Shown here piece by piece: positions 57,473 to 64,000 of a stretch of DNA of 64,000 bases. The stretch is from Fibrobacteria bacterium (GTDB lineage: Bacteria > Fibrobacterota > Fibrobacteria > UBA11236): the NCBI GenBank assembly GCA_041746255.1, contig JBGTHM010000030.1, positions 7,182-71,181 on the forward strand, read 5' to 3'. The stretch's first letter is position 1; each line of letters opens with the position of its first letter. The position numbers and the translations under genes are program-made. The notes below the pieces were generated by a model. That model was not told the origin of the DNA, did no database searches, and saw only the letters and a list, made by a program, of their open reading frames with translations.

Positions 57473-58366
57473 ATGAAAACACAAAGAAGCAGAATCGCTT
57501 TGGGTCTGGGAATGGCGCTTATCGCCATCGGTGGTTATTTCATTTTTTCGCGCGCTGTCGATAGCGTCGAATCGGAAACCCAGGCCGTCTCTGCGACCGC
57601 GGATAGGTTGGAAGACCGCGCGGAACGCAGCCGAAGATTGTCGCATCTGTTTGGGGAGCCAAAGCCGCTCGGAGAAATTTATGCGAAAAAAGTCGCACAG
57701 GGACCGGCGGACCCCATCGAGTTTGGCCGTTATCTCGTGCAAGACTTGCTCAATTGTTATGCTTGTCATTCGGCCGATTTCAAGACCAACAACGCCATGC
57801 ACCCGGAAAAATCGCAAGGCTATCTCGGGGGAGGCAACCTATTGCTCGACATTGATCAACAGCCCATACGCGCCGCGAATATCACGCTCGACAGTGAAAC
57901 CGGCATCGGATCGTGGAGCGAAGCGGAATTCGTTAAAGCCATGCGCTCGGGCATCCGGCCCGACGGCATCCCCTTCCGCTATCCCATGACCCGTTATCCC
58001 GAATTGGGTACGGATGCCTGGCGCGCGGTGTGGGCCTATTTGAAAACCGTTCCGCCCATTTCCAATGCCGTGGAGCGCGATTATCCGGATTTCGAAGGGC
58101 GGGCCTCGCTGGGCGAGCGGCTCTACTGGAAAAATGCCTGCGTATCTTGCCATGGAGCCTCGGGAAAAGGCGTCGGCGATTTGACCCGAGTCAATACGGA
58201 CTTCCCCCACGACTCCACCCTCATCCAGTGGATTCGCAACCCCTCGGCTTTCAATCCCGGCACCAAAATGCCCGGCTTCGATGGGGTTATTCCCGATGAG
58301 AGCTTTGCCCCGCTGGTGGCTTTTCTTCGTGAACTTGCAGCCCGCAATACCGCTTCCGTGAATTAG
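57473..58366 (+). CDS. Diheme c-type cytochrome
   Basis: Signal/anchor sequence. Two CxxCH motifs (CYACH, CVSCH). Confidence 0.75.
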   Translation: MKTQRSRIALGLGMALIAIGGYFIFSRAVDSVESETQAVSATADRLEDRAERSRRLSHLFGEPKPLGEIYAKKVAQGPADPIEFGRYLVQDLLNCYACHSADFKTNNAMHPEKSQGYLGGGNLLLDIDQQPIRAANITLDSETGIGSWSEAEFVKAMRSGIRPDGIPFRYPMTRYPELGTDAWRAVWAYLKTVPPISNAVERDYPDFEGRASLGERLYWKNACVSCHGASGKGVGDLTRVNTDFPHDSTLIQWIRNPSAFNPGTKMPGFDGVIPDESFAPLVAFLRELAARNTASVN

Positions 58367-58404
58367 GCCGCGGCCCTGTTTAAGCACTCCATCGAAATCC
58401 ATTC

Positions 58405-58899
58405 ATGAACTTGCTTTTATCCTCGCTTTTGCTCAAACCCGAAAAACTCCTGGACGAGTGCGTTCAGGATCGGTTTCAGGCAAGTGGGCCCGGCGGACAG
58501 AAACGCAATCGGGTCTATAGCGGCCTGCGCCTTAAACATATTCCCACGGGTTTGCAGGTGACTGCTTCGGAGCATCGCGAAAGCCGGCGCAATCTCGACG
58601 AGGCTTTGCGCAAGCTGCGCCTGGAGCTGGCCTTGGGCGCCGCGGATGCGCGTGATCTCCCCGCGCCACCTCCAATAATGAACTTTCGGGCCAAAGTGAA
58701 TTCCGCCCATGAGGATTTTCCGCTCCTCGCCTTCATGGCTTTGCGCGCTTTGGACGAATCACAGGGCAGATTGGAGGCGGCGGCGACGCGACTGGGGGTA
58801 AGCTCGTCGGCTTTGGCGCGTTTTTACAAATTGCACACAAACCTATGGACGCGTGCGGGGGCACTGCGTACAGCCAACGGTTTGGGCCCGCTCAAGTAG
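58405..58899 (+). CDS. RF-1-domain peptidyl-tRNA hydrolase-like protein (ArfB/YaeJ-like, GGQ motif)
   Basis: SGPGGQKRNRV GGQ motif and a basic C-terminal tail. Confidence 0.55.
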   Translation: MNLLLSSLLLKPEKLLDECVQDRFQASGPGGQKRNRVYSGLRLKHIPTGLQVTASEHRESRRNLDEALRKLRLELALGAADARDLPAPPPIMNFRAKVNSAHEDFPLLAFMALRALDESQGRLEAAATRLGVSSSALARFYKLHTNLWTRAGALRTANGLGPLK

Positions 58900-60037
58900 A
58901 GACGGGTCCCGGAGTTACAAAATAGGCTTCGGCCAAATCCAGCGAGCCTATCCATCTATGGATTTCGGGCCATACCGACTCCACCTTGATTTCGGTGAGG
59001 CAGCGATGGTCGTTATATTTACACGGCGGATTATTCGAAACCGTATGGATGGTCCAGCAAGGCGCGCAATCCAGTTTACGATTGCGCACGACTAGGTGAT
59101 AGGGCTCCCCTTCGTTGAACTGCCAATAACCGTAGGGGCCGGTGCGGCGCTCATCGGTGGGGCCGAAAAAAGCGATGCAGCGTTTTTCCAGCGCGACGGC
59201 GATATGCATCAGGCCCGAATCGTTTCCGAGAAAGAATTGCGAGTGTTTGATAAGGGCTCCGAGTTCGCCCAGGGTTTTCGCCTCCATGTGAAATAAGGCG
59301 TCGGGGGCCAAGCGTTTTACTTGTTCACGTAGCATCCATTCTTCTTCTCCGCCCAGAAGCACGCAACGCAAGCCGAATTCGCGGTGGATACGCCGCACCA
59401 AAAACCCGAAGTCGCGCGGGGGCAGTCTTTTGCCGGCCATTCCGCGTTCGGCGCTGGAACCGGGATGGCATACGAAATAGCGAGTGCGGCTGAGTTGCTC
59501 TTCCTTGGGATGGGACAGCGCGATAGGAAAGCGCATTTGGGGCACTTGGTCGAAGGTTTTTCCCAAAAACGCCTCGACCAACCTTAAGTTTTGGTGCGTG
59601 TCGTGGGAATTGACGTCGAGGGGCAGAGAGATATCCTGCAATTGGGCGGTAAGCGGGGCATGGGGATAAGCGAAGCCGATGCGGGTACGGATGCCGGCAG
59701 ACCGCGCGAAAACGCCGAATTTCCAATGGGAGCTGGGAAAAAATGCCAGGGAATAATCGAAGCGAAGCTTGCGAACCTGCCACAGGGCGCCCATTCCCTG
59801 CAACAACCCCTCCCGGTCGGGATCCCACTCCAGCACTTCCTGGAAATAGTCGCTAGCTTGAGCCATCTGCCCAATTGCGGATTTCAAAGCCAAGAGGTAG
59901 AGATTTTCGCGACCGATTTCGCGGGAAAGAAATTCGAGCGCAGGGGTGGCCATAATGAAATTTCCCAAACCGATGGGACATAAGACCAGGGTTTTTCGTC
60001 CTTTTGCAGGATTGAGAATCGCATCCGCCATGCCCAA
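58892..60037 (-). CDS. Family 9 glycosyltransferase (LPS heptosyltransferase family)
   Basis: GT9 motifs (KTLVLCPIGLGNFIMATPAL, FFLGNDSGLMHIAVAL). Confidence 0.75.
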   Translation of the reverse strand: MGMADAILNPAKGRKTLVLCPIGLGNFIMATPALEFLSREIGRENLYLLALKSAIGQMAQASDYFQEVLEWDPDREGLLQGMGALWQVRKLRFDYSLAFFPSSHWKFGVFARSAGIRTRIGFAYPHAPLTAQLQDISLPLDVNSHDTHQNLRLVEAFLGKTFDQVPQMRFPIALSHPKEEQLSRTRYFVCHPGSSAERGMAGKRLPPRDFGFLVRRIHREFGLRCVLLGGEEEWMLREQVKRLAPDALFHMEAKTLGELGALIKHSQFFLGNDSGLMHIAVALEKRCIAFFGPTDERRTGPYGYWQFNEGEPYHLVVRNRKLDCAPCWTIHTVSNNPPCKYNDHRCLTEIKVESVWPEIHRWIGSLDLAEAYFVTPGPVST

Positions 60038-60167
60038 AAACTACTAAATGCCGGGATTACGGTTTGCAATTACCGGGATTTCGCCTACATTAGGTGAAGC
60101 ACCCTGCGGTGCAGCCGGCTAGGGACCCGGTTATCGGTTGGTTCAATGCCGGAAATAGGAAAGCAGG

Positions 60168-61130
60168 TTGATGATGGGAACTCTCTCCAAACTTCGAGTA
60201 CTTGCGCTGGTGGGGTCGTTGGCGATCGCGCCGGTTTTCGCTACGATATGCGATCAAACCTACCGCTTGCAATCGGCGACGGAAACAATCCTGGAAGGCC
60301 CAAGCCTGAATAACCTCACCGCAACCAAGAAGCAATTGAAGTTGGATTTGACGGATGCCACCATCCTGAAGAACGAAATGCAATACATTCTCCTCAAGGA
60401 ATTCGAAGGGGCTTGCAATTATCAAAAGAGGATGGTGAAATTCCGCGCGCGACCTGCGAAAGCGAATTGGGCGAACGCCGAACAGGAACTTTTCGTGCGG
60501 CTTTATGATGCTTCGCTTGTCGGCTCTAATTTTAAATATTGGTTCCACATGTCAGCCGATACCAGTAAATTCCTTGGCTCCGATATTTTGGGTAAAAGCC
60601 AGCAGGAAACCGACTATACCAGGTGGCATATGATTGCCACCATGATCGATTCGACTAAAGGAGAAAGCGGTCTTTGGTCTGTGGGAGAACCTTACTACCC
60701 CAGCCTTTCCATCCATTACGATTCGACGACGCTTGACTCCCTTTTTCTAAAATCATGGCGTGAAATTAAACTCGGACCGAACCGCCGAGCCCACTTCAAA
60801 GTGCAAATCATCAAAACCGTATACGATTCCATTGGGCCGACAACCCAATTGGCGCAACCTTTGGCCCGTGAGGGAAGAGCCGTGCCCGAATTTCATGCTT
60901 CGCAAACCGGCAAATCGGTACTGATTCGTCTCAGTGAGAAGGCTCCCGATGCCGAGGTGATTACGCTGTATAATATGATGGGCCGGAAAGTAGCGGTATT
61001 GCATCCTACTGGGAATGCCTTTCAATGGAATGGCAAAACCGAGGGCGGCAGCGACGCGCCCAAGGGTATTTATTTCGTGCAAGGCCGGAGCGGAATCCTG
61101 GGTAAATTCTTTTATTCGCCGGTGATTTAG
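60168..61130 (+). CDS. Secreted protein with a T9SS (Por-type) C-terminal sorting domain
   Basis: Signal peptide. C-terminus EVITLYNMMGRKVAVL...FQWNGKTEGG...KGIYFVQ.... Confidence 0.55.
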   Translation: MMMGTLSKLRVLALVGSLAIAPVFATICDQTYRLQSATETILEGPSLNNLTATKKQLKLDLTDATILKNEMQYILLKEFEGACNYQKRMVKFRARPAKANWANAEQELFVRLYDASLVGSNFKYWFHMSADTSKFLGSDILGKSQQETDYTRWHMIATMIDSTKGESGLWSVGEPYYPSLSIHYDSTTLDSLFLKSWREIKLGPNRRAHFKVQIIKTVYDSIGPTTQLAQPLAREGRAVPEFHASQTGKSVLIRLSEKAPDAEVITLYNMMGRKVAVLHPTGNAFQWNGKTEGGSDAPKGIYFVQGRSGILGKFFYSPVI

Positions 61131-61344
61131 GCGCGATTGAAATAAGTAATCGTTTGGAAGTAACGATTACTCTAACCTACTCTTTTTCGAAAGCTCCTGA
61201 CTCTTCCCCCAATTCGCTTAATTCCGCGATCCGCCCGATATTCGGGCCTTTGCAACCGTTTAATTCAGTGGCCAAGCACCCGGTAAAATACTTATTTCCC
61301 TCCATGGGTTTCCTATATCAATCGTTAATCGCTTAGTCGGCTCC

Positions 61345-62523
61345 ATGGCCATACTTTGTGATTTCCATTCCCACCGACCGCCGTACCGGATCAGTAACTC
61401 CGAGGCGGCGTCTTGGTTGGCGAGCGCGCATGGCCGGGCGGAGAAGACGCGCTCTACCGATCCGTACTTTTCGGAGACCGCGTTTACGGAGCGCATGCAT
61501 AGGCAATTGCTGCGTTTCGGACCGGGGTCGGAAAGCGTGGCCTGCCGAGGCCATCACCTGGAAGACTATGGACATCACGACTGGGAGCGCATGGCCATCC
61601 ACCGCCTGCACGAATCCCCTAACGGCGAGGGCATCGGCCCGCGTATGGAAAAATTTTCGGAAATAAGCGCGGCCGTGCTGGAAGAGATTTATCCTGAGGA
61701 CGCCAAAGCGCCCGACGATATCATCCATGTTACCTGCACCGGATATGTGGCGCCCAGCGCTGCGCAAAACCTGGTAGTCAAACGCGGATGGAGCGAAACC
61801 ACCCGGGTTTTGCATGCCTACCATATGGGCTGCTACGCCGCGTTGCCCGCGGTGCGCATAGCCTCCGGGTTGTTGACGGCTACTCAAACGGGCATCGCTT
61901 CGAGCCGCGTCGACATCGTCCATAACGAAGTGTGTACCCTGCACCTCGACCCCGGTCGGCATGAAGCCGAGCAATTGGTGGTGCAAAGCCTTTTCGGAGA
62001 CGGCCATATCCGCTATTCCGTCCTGGCCGATGGTGAAGATGCCGCCGGCGTGCGCGATGCACACGGGCTGGAAGTTTTGGCCGTGCAGGAGACTTTGGTG
62101 CCGGACTCGGCTAACGACATGACTTGGATTCCGGGATCCCACGGTATGCGTATGAGCCTTTCGCGCGAGGTGCCCGAACATATCGCCGGCAAGCTGCGCG
62201 AATTCGTACAAAAACTTTACGCGCTCGGCGGCTACCGCCCAGCCGAAGTATGGTCAAAGCATCCCCGAACCCTTTTTGCCGTGCATCCCGGCGGGCCGCG
62301 CATCATCGATAGCGTCGCCGCCCTGCTCGAACTCAAGCCGGACCAGGTGGAAGCCAGCCGCCGCGTACTGAAAAACTTTGGAAACATGTCTTCGGCCACC
62401 GCACCGCATATATGGATGGACATGCTGCACGACGATTCGGTAGCGGCCGGCACTCGCATAATCAGCCTCGCCTTCGGCCCCGGCCTTACCATACACGGCT
62501 GTCTGCTCAGGAAAATAAGATGA
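61345..62523 (+). CDS. Type III polyketide synthase (chalcone/stilbene synthase superfamily)
   Basis: Cys-His-Asn triad contexts HVTCTGYVAPSA, FAVHPGGPRIIDSV and NFGNMSSATAPHIW. Confidence 0.75.
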   Translation: MAILCDFHSHRPPYRISNSEAASWLASAHGRAEKTRSTDPYFSETAFTERMHRQLLRFGPGSESVACRGHHLEDYGHHDWERMAIHRLHESPNGEGIGPRMEKFSEISAAVLEEIYPEDAKAPDDIIHVTCTGYVAPSAAQNLVVKRGWSETTRVLHAYHMGCYAALPAVRIASGLLTATQTGIASSRVDIVHNEVCTLHLDPGRHEAEQLVVQSLFGDGHIRYSVLADGEDAAGVRDAHGLEVLAVQETLVPDSANDMTWIPGSHGMRMSLSREVPEHIAGKLREFVQKLYALGGYRPAEVWSKHPRTLFAVHPGGPRIIDSVAALLELKPDQVEASRRVLKNFGNMSSATAPHIWMDMLHDDSVAAGTRIISLAFGPGLTIHGCLLRKIR

Positions 62524-63089
62524 TGGGGCTGGCGGCGGTGGGGCTCTTTCTGGGCCATTCCCTGCTCATGCTCCTCGACGAATTCCACTTCCATTACCGG
62601 CGCGGTTTGCCCCGCTGGGAAAGATGGGGTCACCCGCTTGATACCCTGTCGGTGCTCGCTTGTTATCTCTTCGCCCTGTCCATGCCGTTTTCCATAGGCG
62701 CGGCTTGGGGATATGCCGCCCTGGCAGTAGGCTCCTGTCTGTTGGTAACCAAAGATGAAGGGGTGCATGCGGAACGGTGCGGCAAAGGAGAGCAATGGCT
62801 ACATTCCGTCTTGTTCGTATTGCACCCGCTGCTGTTGGCCTTCGCGGGTTGGTATTGGTTGGTTACTCAAGGCCCGGCGGTGGAATCGGCGTTTGCCCGG
62901 GTAGGTCTGCCCGGGGTGTTTGAATTGGGTCTTTTCCGGATGTTTCTTCCCGTGCATGCGGGTTTGACCGCTCTTTTTCTTATTTACCAAATAATATGGT
63001 GGAATTGGATATGGAAAGAAAAACCGTCGAGCTTACCGAAAAGGCGTATGCCGTTGCCCAGCCGGAGAACGGAAGCCGCCGTGCGGTAG
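62520..63089 (+). CDS. His-rich integral membrane protein of unknown function
   Basis: ~5 TM helices. Conserved-looking His clusters (LLDEFHFHYRR, GVHAERCGKGEQWLHS). ATGA overlap with the PKS stop. Confidence 0.45.
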   Translation: MMGLAAVGLFLGHSLLMLLDEFHFHYRRGLPRWERWGHPLDTLSVLACYLFALSMPFSIGAAWGYAALAVGSCLLVTKDEGVHAERCGKGEQWLHSVLFVLHPLLLAFAGWYWLVTQGPAVESAFARVGLPGVFELGLFRMFLPVHAGLTALFLIYQIIWWNWIWKEKPSSLPKRRMPLPSRRTEAAVR

Positions 63090-63835
63090 ATTTCCCCGGC
63101 GGGGTGAACAACGCCTTCTACGAGGATTTGGGCCGCCGTTGGTACGAAGCCAAAGACGATCCCGTGGCCCTGTTGCGGGCCGAGGGCCGGCTCAAGCACG
63201 CCTGGGTGAGCCGCGAAGTCGATCGCCTCCTTCCCGGAGGAAACCGGCGGGTCTTGGACATCGGTTGCGGCGCAGGCTTCGCGCTCAAGCATTTGGCCAA
63301 AGAGGGCCATAGTGGCTACGGCGTGGACCGTTCCCCCTCAAGCCTGCGCATGGCGCGCGAGTTCGCCGCTCCCTTGCCATTGCGCTTGCAGGTGGCCGAT
63401 GCCTATCAAGTGCCCTATGAAGACGCTTCTTTCGACGTGGTGCTGGCGCTGGATTTTCTAGAGCATGTAGAGCAACCCGAAAAAGTGGTGGCCGAAGCCG
63501 CGCGGCTTTTGCGGCCCGGAGGCTTGTTCTTCTTCCATACCTTCAACCGCAACCCCTTGGCGTGGCTTATCATCATCAAAGGCGTGGAATGGTTCGTCAA
63601 GAATACACCCGCGCATATGCATGTGCTTCCGTTATTCATCAAGCCATCGGAATTGCGCGGTTACTGCGAGCGCGAGGGCATGCGCATCGAAGCCATGACG
63701 GGGTTACGTCCGGACTTCATGCGCAAGGCTTTTTGGAAAATGTTGGCGACCCGCGAAGTGCCGGACGATTTCGAATTCGTGTTGACGTCCTCGCTGACGC
63801 TCTCCTATCTGGGAGCCGCGAGGCGCGAAGCTTAG
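63011..63835 (+). CDS. Class I SAM-dependent methyltransferase (UbiG/Methyltransf_11-like)
   Basis: VLDIGCGAGFALKHLAKEG...DASFDVVLALDFLEHVEQP...LLRPGGLFFF. Start uncertain (62996 or 63011). It overlaps the upstream membrane ORF by ~80 bp. Confidence 0.75.
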   Translation: MERKTVELTEKAYAVAQPENGSRRAVDFPGGVNNAFYEDLGRRWYEAKDDPVALLRAEGRLKHAWVSREVDRLLPGGNRRVLDIGCGAGFALKHLAKEGHSGYGVDRSPSSLRMAREFAAPLPLRLQVADAYQVPYEDASFDVVLALDFLEHVEQPEKVVAEAARLLRPGGLFFFHTFNRNPLAWLIIIKGVEWFVKNTPAHMHVLPLFIKPSELRGYCEREGMRIEAMTGLRPDFMRKAFWKMLATREVPDDFEFVLTSSLTLSYLGAARREA

Positions 63836-64000
63836 AAGAACATCCGCCACATGAATTCGAGATTGTGGCGAAGGTCGCCTTCGCCTACGACTTCGGTGAT
63901 GGGGTGGATGATGGAATATCCCAATTGCACGCCGGTGTGCCGGTTGAAGTCATAATTGGATCCCACATAATAGCGGAGATGGGAGTCGTTGGGCCTGCCT
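63836..64000 (-). CDS. 3' end of an outer-membrane beta-barrel protein gene (partial, continues beyond the window)
   Basis: The reverse-strand translation ends ...DLRHNLEFMWRMFF*, with the aromatic C-terminal Phe typical of OMPs. Confidence 0.35.

Noticed and set aside
61333-62211. 292-aa minus-strand ORF antisense to the type III PKS
   Set aside because: It is a shadow ORF inside a well-supported PKS gene, with an Arg/His/Gly-rich translation.
1-64000. Search for tRNA/tmRNA/rRNA genes, CRISPR arrays, transposases, integrases, phage genes and toxin-antitoxin pairs
   Set aside because: None found. Intergenic regions contain no cloverleaf-like or CCA-ending sequences, and there are no repeat-spacer arrays or integrase-like ORFs.

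Overview
This 64 kb window is GC-rich (roughly 55-60%) bacterial chromosomal DNA. I found no tRNA or rRNA genes, no CRISPR array and no transposase or integrase. Two secreted proteins end in type IX secretion (Por-type) C-terminal sorting domains, which points to an FCB-superphylum-like organism.

Core content is a highly conserved minus-strand operon rimP-nusA-infB-rbfA-truB-ribF-rpsO-pnp (15.3-24.8 kb), followed by an M16 peptidase. Flanking it are transport and regulatory genes:
- a frameshifted ferritin-like diiron oxygenase, an ArsM-like methyltransferase and a SulP anion permease
- a large PAS/GAF hybrid histidine kinase and the zinc transporter ZupT
- an OmpA-family outer-membrane protein carrying tandem thrombospondin-type-3 repeats
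- a UbiA-like prenyltransferase, a Gfo/Idh/MocA oxidoreductase and a PQQ-type sugar dehydrogenase
- mazG, dprA and an FtsB-like gene
- a divergent pair encoding an HTH-PAS regulator and a pseudo-receiver/GHKL-ATPase protein

The most system-like, least conventional segment is a tightly packed plus-strand operon at 33.3-37.5 kb, with an MMPL/RND-type exporter 150 bp downstream (to 40.3 kb). It encodes, in order:
- a secreted DUF4412-like protein
- a C39-like papain-fold cysteine peptidase
- a RimK-type ATP-grasp ligase with an unusual ~250-aa N-terminal extension
- a GCS2/YbdK-type carboxylate-amine ligase
I read this as a candidate peptide/amide-ligase 'synthesise, trim and export' system.

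Further accessory content:
- a GT4 glycosyltransferase followed by a phosphodiesterase-EEP nuclease/phosphatase fusion protein
- a solitary murG
- a polysaccharide locus with a priming sugar transferase, a Wzx-like flippase, a GT9 enzyme and a non-catalytic FGE-domain giant secreted protein
- a type III polyketide synthase coupled to a His-rich membrane protein and a SAM methyltransferase (61.3-63.8 kb), resembling alkylresorcinol/alkylpyrone methyl-ether clusters

All functional assignments rest on motif-level reading of the supplied ORF translations, not on database searches.
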